Assembly: GCF_964355755.1 (NCBI RefSeq)
Contig: NC_092671.1
Span: forward strand, 22,952,070-23,016,069
Length of the DNA: 64,000 bases
From: Antedon mediterranea
Lineage: Eukaryota > Animalia > Echinodermata
Direction of reading: 5' to 3'
In this document: positions 12,665 through 26,163 of the stretch, one piece after another
Layout: each line of letters opens with the position of its first letter
Numbering within the stretch: the first letter of the stretch is position 1
The notes under the pieces: model-generated
Database searches by the model: none
The model's input: only the letters and a program-made list of their open reading frames with translations
What the model was told of the DNA's origin: nothing
Translations under genes and position numbers: made by a program

Positions 12665-14755
12665 GGCGTCATGTCCAAATGTTTTCAAACTGACAAAGCG
12701 CGTTAATCGCGTTTTGTTTTAGCGTTAGCGTGAAAATTCTAAAATCGTCAGACCGTTTGGGAAATGGACAATATGAATAGCTTGTAATAGTTCCGCCCAC
12801 TAACATACTTGACTGATTTTTACGAATCGTTTAACGTCGTTGCGAATCGCTTCGTGAACGTCGTTTAACGATGAGTCATCACAAACAGGCCCAAACAATT
12901 TGTTTCAGTTTTCCTTTTAATTAAGAGAGTTTGTAGCTGAATTGTATTACGGGGGTGCCGATCTTAAACATCATTCTAAAATGTTTATAAGTTCGTAACC
13001 TCAATAAATAATTTAATATTAATAATAAACAGGGGCCTGGAATGTTTTTTAGTCGCTTTCTTTTACATAGCCGAATGAAAATATCATTAGGAAGTTCATA
13101 CGATGAACTAAGCACCTGAGACAATAGCAACACGATGTGCCACGCCACCGGTGAACTATTCACATGGGATTCACATCTCACTTCTACATGCATTAGCGAA
13201 CACAGTAGCCGATCGATAAAAAAAAAAGGTCTTCTAAAAATAGCAGCAGCGAATGCTCGGCCGACCGTCGGTGTTCGCGCGCTCATAGATTGCAGGCCGA
13301 TAACATAAGAAGGTAAACAAGTACCTAGATGTTGGTCACGCGATATCCTCTTTCTCCTCCTGTTCACAGCGCTCACATGTTTTTACTTCAAATTCTGCCG
13401 GTCAGTAATCTTATTTAGATCGTTGAAAAGATGACTGATCATTCATTTAATTCATTTAATGTTTTATTCTATTTGTTTATCTTTATAAATTTGATTTATT
13501 TTAATTTAATTTTTATTGTTATGTCTCGTCATATTGTAAAGGTTCCTAATGATCAACTTCGGCTGGATGTACCGTACCCTCGTAAAGTATTCTTGAAAAT
13601 AAATATATAAATCATTGGCTATTTTTCCGTTGCACAAGGGCCTAGTTGTATTAATAATAATAATTATTATACTTATTAAACAAGGAATGTATCGATTTTG
13701 TATTTATTTTTTGAAGGCTTTTGAGCTTGTCGTCGCTGTATTTTTTAATTTGTTAACTAAGTTAGAATTTACTAGCATAATATAATACAGTACTGTAAAA
13801 CCAGACACTTTCGTGACATAAAACTTTCGCAAATTTGAAAAGTACAAGTAAATAACTGTAAATAACTGTATACTGTAAAAAAAAGATCGCGTTAATCCAT
13901 TGTGGATGCGATCTTCGTATATATCGAACATCCGTCGATCCAGAAACGATGCCCACAAAAAAGATTGTAAAACATTCATTCTAAATATAGTATCAAAACG
14001 TTCAAGTCGCTCAAAAAGATTGCCGACAGATGACCGTAATTAATACAGACCTGGGTTTTTTGGCATGAAACGCGATACTACTCGATGTTTTACCTCAACC
14101 TCTAACATGATATTTTTAACTCAGTACGGCCGGCCGGCCGTCCATTAGAGGGTGGTGGATGCTCTGCTGACGACAATAAAACAGTAATTAAGATCATGTA
14201 CCTGGATTTCCTCTATTTATATCTAAACTGTTCCCAGACACCGATCCACTCGCATGTTTTTCCCACTCCAAATTCTGGTCGGGCCTTTTTCTTTACACAA
14301 TATATTAATCATTTAAAAGGCCTATGACTGGTAAATCTTAACATGGAATATATTTAATTTGCATATATTTTGTTGGTGTCCTAGCCTAGGTTTCGTTGTT
14401 TTTATAATTCGCTAACCCAAGGTAGGATTAAATAATTTATAGTGTAGGCCGCCGAAACAAGGCTAGCCTGAAAATTGACGTCTTCCACCTTTAAATAGGA
14501 TTTTAATTAGCGAAAAATACATTGTTTGTGTGTATTATCCATGCTTCTAAAGGCGATGACACATAGACATTTTAAAACAAACGACGTTTAACGCTAACGG
14601 GCGTCTAACGGCTAAACAATTGCAGTGGGCGGTACAATACTAAATGCATAATTTAATTAGCTCTTTTACGATCGTTGCACGCGTTAAACAATCAAGCTAT
14701 CAATGGTGACCGTTTGACGCGGTTTGTACGTTTGGAAACATTTGGACATGATGCC
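12665..14755. mobile_element. PIF/Harbinger-like non-autonomous element
   Basis: TIRs GGCGTCATGTCCAAATGTTT / AAACATTTGGACATGATGCC. 3-bp TSD TAA at 12662-4 and 14756-8. Confidence 0.85.
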
Positions 14756-14758
14756 TAA

Positions 14759-14981
14759 TATATATTGTAACAAAAGGAGTAGTAAAACCTTGGAAGCAAG
14801 TGTGTATGGGGATTGGAATTAAAAGCATGACTGGTCGTAGGAAGATTATTGAGATATAAAATCGTTTTGGCCATTCAATTGGATATCATGTCGCAGAAGA
14901 AATGGAAACAGACTTTGCAAATCAGGTCATTAATACACAACGTACTGCACCAGATGGTGCTATACTGACCAACACGGCAGC
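14759..14981 (+). pseudogene. Academ-like transposase fragment (part 3 of 3)
   Basis: Continues in frame after excision: DDVIYIVTKGVVKPWKQVCMGIGIKSMTGRRKIIEI*NRFGHSIGYHVAEEMET. This matches the K.P.K...G...K.MTG...I.ILNR.GH.I.Y motif. One stop codon. Confidence 0.7.
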
Positions 14982-16097
14982 AATTTATATCTTGCGCTAA
15001 CTGACTGTGGAAAAAAAATGGCAGGTTTCACACGAAGTTACGCGCGCATGCGTGTTTAAAATTTAAAAATGCGAAAAATCAATTTCTAATCAACTTTCTA
15101 CGCGTTTCATGTCATATTGAGCATGTAAAAAATTCACACGCGCGCGCATTTTTTTAAGCGTGTGGTGCGCATGTAGCGTTGAAAACATTTTTTTTTCGCT
15201 TGATTTATGTGTTTCCAGCCTTTTCTAGTAATTTTTTTACAAGCTTTTGAACAATTTCGACTTCAAATTACGTCATACGGGCACGTCGAATTGGATAATT
15301 TACGTGCATTTTTAATGAAAAAGTTAAAAAATTCGTCAAAATTTGGCCCTTTTTTAAACAGTCGTAGTTTCTAAACTAAACGGTGAAAGTTATTTTAATT
15401 GCATATTCTAGAAGTTCATGAGTTGTAGATATCGGATCATGTATTAATATGGCTAACAGAACATTGTGACGTCATCGTATGGCCACACGATGGCGTTTGT
15501 CATGCAGATAACTAACTCATCAAAGTGACGAGTTCAAATCTAGTTCTTCTCTCTCTGTACAAATTTGTGTAACAATTATCTCAAAAAGTTAAATGTCAAT
15601 GATCACAAGAATTTAACAATGTATTTCAAATACTTCAACTTAGTCCTAATAAGCTTTTCAGCGTGATCACTCATCCGTGACGTCATTTATACGCCATTTT
15701 GTGAAATCACATTATCAATCATATCTCCATAATTCATTATCACATATTATTGAAATTCACTACATGTAAACTTCAGGTCAAGGTAAAAATATTAGCAAAT
15801 AAAAAAATGCGCGTATTAAGGTCATGCGTGTGAAATCGCGCATTAAAAAATAAAAAAGATCAAAATTATGTTTTGATCAATTTAGAGCATGAATTAGGCC
15901 ATTTGTGTGTTTAATTTTAATAGGCGATTCTTAAACTTCAGGTCAAAAGTAAAAATATTAGGAAATAAAAACTTAAATGTTTCAAGGTCATGCACGTGAA
16001 ATTGCGCGTTAAAAATTTAATAAGCTCCCAATTAAGTTTTGATTAAATTAAAAAAGTTTTGATAAATTTAGCGCATGAATTAGACCATTTGCGTGTT
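14982..16097 (+). mobile_element. HINE 3' part (ends CTAG at 15543) followed by family-A HINE body
   Basis: Similar to 33550-34835 and then 34850-35210. 3' subTIR GCAGATAACT, hairpin ACTCATCAAAGTGACGAGT, then CTAG|TT. Confidence 0.8.
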
Positions 16098-16139
16098 TCC
16101 GTGACAACGGGCAAACGTTAAAATTGCAGCCGTTTCTGG

Positions 16140-16598
16140 ATGGTCATCGGATGATAGTGAGGAAGAAATTATTCTTTCCACTATAATTTTAGCCAAAAGA
16201 AGGAAAAGAAATGGGTAATCGAGGTCTGTTCCGAAAGAAAGAAATTTGGTCAATTTGAAACGTAACTGGCGACCAATGAAGACGAATTCTTCAATTATTT
16301 TAGAATGCCGCTTCACCAATACAGTCATCTTACGGTTCTTACAAAACGGGACACACCCGATGATAGTAACACCACACACCATGAAAATTCCATGAATCCA
16401 TAATTTAATCAATTAAAATCACAATCACATCCCCTCGCGATCCTTGACATAATAAACTACGAAACGGATTATGATTGGTCAAAGTAGACCGTGTTTCGTT
16501 TCCGTTCCGTTTCTATCAAGTTATGAGCGATCTGTCCGTTCCATTGTTTTTTTACCGGCCGTTCATTTTTCACGGAACAGATTTGGTGTAAACGCTGC
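16140..16598 (+). pseudogene. Degenerate Harbinger transposase N-terminal fragment
   Basis: SDDSEEEIILSTIILAKRRK...GQF...NEDEFFNYFRM, the F.NYFRM hallmark of DDE_Tnp_4 proteins. Possible TIR GGTGTAAACGCTGC near 16585. Confidence 0.5.
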
Positions 16599-17216
16599 TA
16601 TTGTTTTAAGGCTAGATTTTCTAACTTTGTTTGAAAGAACAATACCTTAAAATTAAGAGAAATAACAACATGGACTGTCATGGAAGCAAATTTCTCTCTT
16701 CCCATGGTGTACCGTATTAATTATGAATAATTATGAAGTAGAAACGAAATGAAAATAAAAATGTCATACAAAAAAAACTGTAAGGCCTATTTGAAAATAA
16801 TGCACATTCATGTCTGGGTGTGTGTGCATGTAACCTATACCCATAATGCTTATGCAATTTGTATTCTTGCCTTTTGATTTGTTATGATTTTAATGTTCCA
16901 TTCTTTTTATATTGATGCATATACAGCTGTAGACCGAAGTATATTGTTTAAATATTATTCATTGAAATGTCTTCTTCGACAGTTATTCCTGTATACAAAA
17001 TGTGAAGAAATATTTATTTATTCAAACAATATAAATAAATACTACCTATCAATTAAACGAAAAACGATCAGGCCCAGTGTGTTATAATTTATATTGAATT
17101 TTCTGTTTTATTTCGTCTATTATGTAGGCGCTAGTCCTAACCCTACTGTGATGTTTATCCTGCCATTATAATATTAACTACTATATTAGCACTTTTTGCG
17201 TTCCATAGTTTTTAAA

Positions 17217-17332
17217 GGTCGAGTTGACGGATTAGTTTTTGGCCGAGTTGACGTGAGGCCGAGTTGACTTGAGGCCGAGTTGACGTGGGGCCGACTTGAC
17301 TTTGGCCGAGACGGTTTAGGGCCGAGTTGGAT
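17217..17332. repeat. Tandem GGCCGAGTTGAC array (15-bp period), probable orphan MULE terminus
   Basis: About 7 copies. No partner end found. Confidence 0.6.
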
Positions 17333-19243
17333 CGAAAGTCAGGCCAGCGCTAGGCTGCTATTACTACTACTACTACTACTACTACTATATTAGCTAGCTT
17401 TGGCCTAAACCTAGCTAGTTATACAAATATTTCTAAAAACCTTAATAAAAATACATTTGCATGTAGAAATATCTGATGAACATGTTTTATTATTTATTTT
17501 TTCAAATTATCAATTTGTAATAAGTAAATGTCATGAAAATATTAGCTGCAGAAATTCGCGTGTATGACGATAAGTTGAGAAAGTTACAAAATGTTATTTT
17601 ACAAAATTTACAGAAAGAAAGAAGAAAAAGTAAAGGAAGATGATCTTTGATAAACTTAAAAATTAACCTGCCTATGCATTTAAATTAAAATACGTTCTTT
17701 AAATTTAGCAAATCTTAACTGTGATATAAAGAATTTTTCCTGTGAGAGCGCCAGGCATCGTTAGTGGTGGAAATTACAAATTGGTATTTGCAATTCATCC
17801 TGTGTGGATGTACACAATGTATCCGGTGGAAATTGTGAAGTTTGTATATATTGTGATAATCCTCGGTGAAGACCCGGCCTGACCTGGGAAGTGGAAGTGA
17901 AAAAAGTATGTTGCCGTCGTGTTCATGCATAGGAAACTGAGATACAGCCTGTTGTGGAAATACTATGTGCCTAAAATTTCGTGCACCCTGTGGTTTAAGT
18001 GTTTACACACACAGCAGGGATTCTATTAACAATAAAGTCTAAGGTCAAGCATCTATACTGTTACTAAGGCTATGTTCAGACCCATGGCGTTAGACCGTTT
18101 TAGCGTACAGCGTTACTAGCAAGGTCACCGCAGAGAAAAAAACGAGGTGTTCAGACCCATAGCGTACGATTATCGTTACAACGGAAGTACGTCATTCAGG
18201 TTGTTTCTAGTTGCATATTCATGTACTCTTACCCACGTGTTTTCATCATTATTTCCACTGTATATAGCCTAGCCTAGATCTCAGCCCTACAATTATGACA
18301 AAATTTGCCGTAAATAAAACATACCTCAGCATTTATTTAAGAAAAATATAGTAAAGCCAAATTTCTGTTTCTATTGTTTTTATTTTGTATTAAAAATAAA
18401 CAAATAAAAATAAAGCAGGCCTCCTAATGATGAAGAAAAAATTGATTGTGATTAGTCTAACCAGTCCAGTCAAAGATATATATTCTTTGTTCCAGTCGGT
18501 TGAAAATAACCCTTAACTTGCTAATAAAAGGGACACAGCTCTTACTGAATTTTTTAGGAGTTAGGGGGTTTTCAGCATTAAACTTGTCCAGTCTAGTCTG
18601 CCTTGTATGAATGAGTGACTTGATGTCCCACGCTAGTTTTTAGCTTGAATGAAATGATTGAATGGCTCTAGGCCTAGGCCTAGCTAGGCCTAAAAGCGGA
18701 TGGGATCGTAGTCCCTATATTGTTTAAATACAAGGTGCATGTATTTAATGTCATTTGTTAGAAAATATAATGGTAATGTAGTTTGTAGCCTTTGTAACAG
18801 TTGTATTTGTAGTGTAGTTAGGCCTTATTTATTCTGGCCTTTTTGTTATTGAAATCCATCTCACACATTGACGATACAAGATGTCAGCCTAGGTCAAACC
18901 AAAGAATATATATCACAAGAATGAGTATTCCGCGATTTTCCCTGTAACAGTAATATTGTCCATGGGGTAGGGCGCCGCCATAAGTGTGGATGTATCTGGG
19001 ATGTATACAACTTTTTGTGACGGTTTCACTAATCAAAGGCTGGACCACCGGTAGTATTTTCATGATAAAAAATGTTATCAACTACATGCCAACATCATGT
19101 TAAATAATATTTGGATATTTAATTGTTCGTTTTATGCAATTTATTTAGTAAAAACTGCCGTATAAACAGTTTGCTTTATCAACCGGGCGCTACGATAGCG
19201 TGACCGGGCGTGTTGGTGTTTACGCGTTTTCACGAAGGATAGT

Positions 19244-22128
19244 TGATTTGATTTGATTTGATTTGATTTATTTCGGCATCAGTACATAAAATATCACAGA
19301 CATACAATTAAAATTGACAAATATAAAAATACCAATATAAAACAAGGATGCCAAGGATAACTCATAAAAGTCCTCTACGGACTTGTTTCCAATGAGGTCC
19401 TTTGAAAGAACAGCAAAAAAGACAAACAAAGCAACATAATAAAAATGACAAAAAAACAGCAAAAAGGACAATCGAAAAAAGAAGAAGCGCTAATTAAATA
19501 GTTTCTAGAGCTAGTGAACGTTCCTGTAGATACTTTTTAACTTTACTTTTAAAACAACAAACAGTTTGTGATTCCTTAATGTTAATTGGTAAATTATTCC
19601 ATTCTTTAATAGCATTGTAAAAAAAGGTCACATGTGCCATTGGCTTGATAGTTGGGATTCTAAAATTAAAATTGCATCCCCTAGTATTGTAATTATGACT
19701 GTCTGAAATTCTAATAAAACGATTGCATAAATAAGGTGGACAACAATGATTATATATTTTAAAAACATGACAGGCTCTAAGAAATTCGACACGGTCTTGG
19801 ACTTTTAACATACCAACGTCGTTTAGCTGAGATTGACCAACATGAGATCGGGGACCTAACTTTTTTATAAAACGAACCATTTTGTTTTGAGTCGTTTGTA
19901 ATTTTGATTTTAAATTTTTATTTACCGTAGAAGACCATGAGCAAACCGAATAATCGAACATCGGTTGGATTAAAGCAAAAATAAGAATTTTGCGACAATT
20001 GATGATCGTAGATAAGTTGATTCCTTTCAAGGTAATCGGAAACTTGTATATATACCACCTTCTCCAGAATTTTCGAAACTGAGGAGAGAATGCTTATAGG
20101 TCTGTAATTGTTAGCCTCAGTTCTGGAATTCTTTTTATGAAGGGGCGTGACTTTTGCGAGTTTAAAATCCGAGGGAATACGTTCGTATTTAATGGAGAGG
20201 TTAATTATATGTGTTATTGGTATTTTAATATTAGGAGCTCCGTCTCTAAGGAATCTGATCAAGGCCTACACTTTTAGATGGGTTGAGATTTCTCAATTCC
20301 TCTTCGATAAGGCTCTCGTCAATTTCTTCGAGAGAAAAACCAGAAACATGTTTGATTTTGCTATTATAGTAATTTTTAAAGGCATTCGAACCCACACTAA
20401 AAAGATTACTGGGAGAAGGCAATTTCTTCATTAAATCGGAAGCAATATTTGCGAAGTATTTATTGAAATAATTTGAAACTTCGCTTTCATTATGGCAAAG
20501 ATTCCCATTAACATCTAACGAAACAGTGCTACCCTTTTGTGGCTTATTTTTATATCCCAAATCTTTAAGGCATTTCAAGAGTTTATTGGGATTATTTTTG
20601 TTAACTTCTACCTTATTTAAAAAACATTCAGATTTTGCTTTCTTTATGTCCTTTTGTATGCGATTACGTAACTTACGAAATGCATCGTAAAGGTCTGGCC
20701 TATTTGGGTTATTCTTGAACTTATTTAATAGCGAGTCTCTTTCTTTTATGGCACTTAATATTTCCGGTGTCATCCACTCTTCAGATTTTTGTTTTAGGCG
20801 CACCTGTTTGAGAGGAGCCATTCTGTTTATAAGAGACAAAAATATTTTTTTAAAAGAGCACCAGGCAAAGTCCACATCTGATGAATCGAGAACAGGCGAC
20901 CAATCAGATTGTGTCAATTGCTCATTAAAAATATTAACATCGTAGTTCTTAAGTGAACGAATTTTGATAGTTTTATGTTGGTTAAATTTATATTTTAAAG
21001 ATTTACGAGTACAAAACGTTAGGCTGTGGTCACTAATGCCTACATGGATGACACCCGATTGCAAAATTTTTTGCGAATGGTTACATATGATAATATCTAA
21101 AACTGTTGATGTATACTTAGTAATTCGAGTTGGTTCCTTTATCAGATGGGTAAAGCTAAAAGTTTCAAGAGTTGTTTCTAACATTTTGTATATTGATGCA
21201 GATTCATTTTTCAAATTAATATTGAAGTCACCAAGGACAATAACTTCGACATCTGGTCGAATAGCAGCCAATATATTTTCAAACGAGTCAATAAATAGCT
21301 TATATGATTGACTTGGTGGACGATAAATTGATCCAACAACAATAGGACGCGTCCTCGGAAGCAAAATTTCCATCCAAATTGATTCAATACTTTCAGAATC
21401 CAGGTCCCGGCGTTCGCGTATAGATAGTCTTTCCTTGACAAAAAAACAAACACCTCCTCCAGACCGATTTCGATCTCGACGGAAAACGTTGTATCCTTCA
21501 ATGTTGAGCTCCGCATCAGGAACAGTATTATCCAACATAGTTTCACATATAGAGATAACGGCTGCATTGGTTTTTATTGCGAGTAGGCGGAGTTCAGACA
21601 TCTTTGGCAGTATTGACCTTACGTTAAGATGAATGAAGTGAAGGCCCTTTTCTTTAAAAACATTGAAGTCTTCCTCCACATTGAGATGGATTCCGGGTCC
21701 CGGGTTTGGAGAAATATCACCACATTTAAGCAAGATAGCAAAGAGTAAGCCTTTCCCTCTAAGATCAAAAGTCCGGTGTATGTGGGACGTATTCTTCCTT
21801 GTTTGATAATTTCCGGAACTGTAAATATAGGCAGGCGATACAAAAATGACACTTGTTGCAGCGACCGCAAAGTTAGCGTTGGAATGTTTGCACCTGGTAA
21901 AAATGGCTGATATGTCGTATCTCTCTTCGGCGGTTGCGTTAAAAAATTGGTCAACAAGTTGAAAATTCTTCACATTGTTAATCAAAAGAACAAGCACTGA
22001 TGCATGGATAATAAAGGAAGCCATACTAAAAGTCATATTGGAAGGTTATCTGTATGCCGTATCTGACCAGCAAAAAGATCGCGTTGCTCGAAAAATAGCT
22101 CGTGTTGAGCTCGTCTGTATCCGTCCAC
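19244..22128 (-). mobile_element. L2/CR1-group LINE with 2A-like peptide, RT core internally deleted
   Basis: ORF 20246..22036 contains an APE endonuclease (HLNVRS, ISICET, YRPP, GDFN, SDH). Pre-RT NYRPISIL in 19918..20262 and the C-terminus in 19494..20030. (AAATC)n tail. The 5' boundary is approximate. Confidence 0.9.
20246..22036 (-). pseudogene. LINE ORF2 N-terminal half: hydrophobic leader, 2A-like motif, APE endonuclease
   Basis: 596-aa ORF. LLKCGDISPNPGP lies just upstream of the EN domain. Ends at a frameshift near GLDQIP. Confidence 0.85.
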
Positions 22129-22911
22129 GTTACAAAATACAATTGTAAGCGTATCCACAATTCAATCAAATGGAATTCCAAGAATTCAGCAACCCAATGG
22201 TATATAAAATACCGATACAGTTAATGTTAAAAGTGAAAATAGAAACATCAAAAAACGATTCATCCGATAAAATAACAGAAAAGTTATCCACCAAAAGGCT
22301 TCGTCGGAAAATGTTAATCTTTGGTTATGTACATTTTTTCCTGGTTTCAGGTGTGAGAAGTCAAATACGCTTACCTTGCTGAAACCGTAGACTAATAAAG
22401 CGTTGATTATCCACCAAATGGCTTCGTTGTGTAGTTGAAGTACTACGATGCGAAGAGAAAAACGCAATTAAAAGGCCATTAATCCACCAATTGGTTTCGT
22501 TGTTTTACTTAGGCTTAGGGAGTGCCCCTGAGCCACCAATGCGAAGTGGTTAAAAATTCTGTTTGCCCCGGTATAGCCTAGACTGCTCGGGTACTTTTGA
22601 GGCCTAGAGAGAGGTCCGAGTAAACACAACCGCTCACGACGAAGTATTACGAGAGGGTACGTTTAATAATATTCCTATATTTAACTTGTTTCTGGTAAAA
22701 CAAATAAATGTTAATGACATTTAACATTTTGTCCTATTAATAACATGTATTTTATACTAATTTATATCATAAAAACAATACTTAATTTACCGGGCGTAGA
22801 GTAGTACACGGCAATTGTAAAGAATAGGCCGTGCTGAGTAACGATTCGTTGATTTTTGGTGTTGCTGTGTTTGCCTTTTTTGTGAACTAACTTAGCATGT
22901 TAGTAAATAAT

Positions 22912-25900
22912 AGACACGTTTCGCGCTCGCGAGGTCACCGTCAGTTTGACCTTTTAGTGGGTATACAATGGTAAACAAACACAGCGAGAGGTATGTTAAA
23001 GCATGGGAGAACTGAGAGATGATCATCTTAAAAAGCAATCGTCAAAACTAGCCTTTGATGGAATGGCATGGTAAGGATGTTATTTATTTTCTAAACTTAT
23101 GTTTTATATTCACTGTAGAATTATTTGGGCATTTGGTTCGGAATCATCGACTTTATTTATGTATTGTCATTTTTGGTTTGACACATATATATTACGGTGC
23201 ATTTAATACATGTTAACTGTTGATTTTATTTACAAATGTTGCGTAAATATATTAATTATTATCTTTCATTCTTCTTCATGCTCCTATTGCATCTTCCATG
23301 TATTATGTGATGTTCTTCGGCGCTTAAACAGACACCCAAGCCTCCTAGGCCTAGTAGACGAAGTACCGCATCAGGCAACGCCACCGGGCGGGCGGAGAGA
23401 CACGAGCACATCGTGGACGTACCTTTCCTTGAAAAATTTCCAAGATTTTGCGCCACTATCCTTCGGAGCCGACACAAACCACTCAGCAAGTGTTTGAAAA
23501 TTAAAAACAGGAATATTATTCAGTGATTTTGTGTACCCTTTGCAAAAAAGCCGTATACGATCCGTATACGCTGAAAACGTATACGACGTATACGGATCGT
23601 ATACGATTTCACTGTTTACATTATTTCCACTCTGTTGCTCCACAAAGAGTTTGCGTCGTATACGTTTAGCTTACGTAACGTATACGTTGTTTATTCATGA
23701 TAAGAATATCGTATACGGGACGTATACGAATCATATACGAACAAACTAGGCCATTTTATAAATTATAATAGCAGTAATGAGTAGAATAGAGCTAAATAAA
23801 ACATTTAAATTGTCATTACAACAAATACGTACGTAGGCTCTGGCCTAGCCCTACTACTAGGGCTAGGCCTAGGCCTCTAGCTAGCACCAGCCATTAGATA
23901 GGCCTCTAGGCTCTAGGCCTAGCCTAGTAGTATTAATAAGTAGTAGGAGCTAGAACATAAGATCATATTTATTTCTATATTTATTAGATAGCCTAGGCTA
24001 CCGATAAAATTCAAACAACGTTTTTCGCAAGTAAATAAAGTACGCTAAACAGGTATACTACTAGGTAGGCCTAGAAAAAACAAGGGGCCATTTTCACAAA
24101 TCGACGATGTTGTTTGCAGTTTTCCTTTATAAAAAATGACAGAGGTCAGTAAGTGCAGCCGCCGACGACGACCGAGCGTCGCTCGGTTGCCTACAGTTCC
24201 AACTCGTGGTCGACTCGGCTCCCTGGTGGCCAATCATGCATATCATCGGGTGAATCATCGGGTTCGTCGTTCTCAATTCGTCACGCCACGTGCGAGCTTT
24301 GGGTGGTCAAATTACATCGTTATGTTAAGCGATATTATTCCGCGACGTGTGTTGTAGCAATGGAGATGGAGTAACAATAATTCGGCAATGCCGAAGAGGA
24401 AAACCATGACCCAAAACAGAAGTAATAATTATTATTTAACGATGAATACATTCGGATTTTGAATATATATAAATTGTATGAATTATGAATTATATATGAA
24501 TAAAAAAAACACAATTAGTGGTGATAGTAAATACAATTATATCGAATCTCAATTTATTCCCGGTAGCGAACAGATTGAATTGCTTTCATTATTTCTGCTT
24601 GGTGATTAAGAAATCATAAAACATATCTTTCTTTATTTTCATGGTATTCCAATAATTGTTTAAAAAATAACTACCCTCAACTTTAAATAACAAATTAAAT
24701 AAGTCTACTAAACATTGTTGATTTCCCATGGACCCAACAATACCCCAACTATTTCATTAATAATTGTTTATTTGTAACAGTTTATTTGAAATCCTTGTCC
24801 TTTGTTAATTCAATTGTGTGACAATTAAATTAGATTGTACATGCTTATGCTGTATATTATGTAAAAAGATGATTCATGGTATATATCAGATTCTTAAAAA
24901 AGATCAACACTTTGAATTCTTAAAATGTGTTCTATATCTTTATTTGGAGTTAGACTCGTACTACATTCATTAAAATGATAGCTTATTTTCACAATGAGTG
25001 TACCATTAATTGTTTACTGGAGCTGCTGCATATTCGATATATACAATTACAATATGCCTATAGCCTAGCTAGCTAGAAGTCATCGAATTTACTATCTACC
25101 TGGGCCTACTGTAACTAGGCCTACATCCCATTTTTTTTTTTATGGTGAGTCAAAACCCGTAGCCAAAAAATCAACAATGATGATTGAAAATGAATGAAAT
25201 CTGATCCATCCATGTGATGCATGCATGCAGCGCACATAAAACAGGCACGTTTTGGGCGAATTTATTTGGATCATTCCATATATATAATGGGGAGCCACAT
25301 GTATTCTACATTTTTATTAAATCGTAATTTATGGATTTTACTTACTCGTTTTAAATTTAATATACTGCGGGCCCAATTTAATATTTACTTATTTATTTCC
25401 AAGTACATTAATAATATTTAAAGCACTTTCAAATTAATAACAGCACATTTTGTGTGATTCACTTATTAATGGAACATACAAAAGGTAAAGAAATAGCAGA
25501 GGGGATAAACAAGACAGAACAGCCTGGGTGGGTTTTTATGCTTGCTAGAAAAACAACGTCTAGTAAAATACAGCACCAAATTTTCATTCGCGAAAACTAT
25601 GAACTAAATCATCATAGGGAATTTAATGTACATATACCGACTGAAAAAAAACCAAATTGTACATTAATTATTGAAGTCAAGATGCTCCTGCGATCGTAAA
25701 CGTATGCTATCGTCGTCTTGTAAAAAGAGGGACAGTCCCTTTTCGCTTGGTAATACGATGCCGTTTGTATACACGCGTCGTCGTATACGGATCATATACG
25801 GATCGTATACGGAGCGTATAATTAGGAAATTGTTTATAAATGATCGTATACGGTTCGTATGTGTTTATTATGCGGGCAGGAACTTCCGAATTGACGTATA

Positions 25901-26163
25901 CGTTTCGTATACGAAGTGGACTTCCTATACGAAACATATACGAAACGTATGTAAATCGTATACGTTCGTATACGGTTTTTTTGCAAAGGGTAGTTAAATT
26001 CACGATTTATCCAACATATACAACATTTATGATGCACCTTGCAACAAAAGACTCGGCAGTCGCCATTTCGCTATGCTTCAACACGCACTAGGCGAGAGGT
26101 GTTCGGTTTGTTTACAAATCTATACCCACTATTTCTAATTGGTCGCGAGCGCGAAACGTGTCT
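22912..26163 (-). mobile_element. ISL2EU-like DNA transposon (deleted derivative)
   Basis: TIRs AGACACGTTTCGCGCTCGCGA / TCGCGAGCGCGAAACGTGTCT with AT TSD. Remnant ORF ...YTKSLNNIPVF...KSWKFFKERYVHDV...IIHGRCNRSMKKNE resembles the SWIM/YqaJ accessory protein N-terminus (inferred). Confidence 0.7.
23536..25990. mobile_element. EnSpm/CACTA-like non-autonomous element (CCC..GGG ends, TA TSD)
   Basis: TIRs CCCTTTGCAAAAAA / TTTTTTGCAAAGGG with TA on both sides. Dense subterminal CGTATACG repeats at both ends. Confidence 0.78.

Noticed and set aside
17715-18000. Host exon in a coding-looking segment
   Set aside because: No recognisable domain or SETDB motif in any frame I translated.
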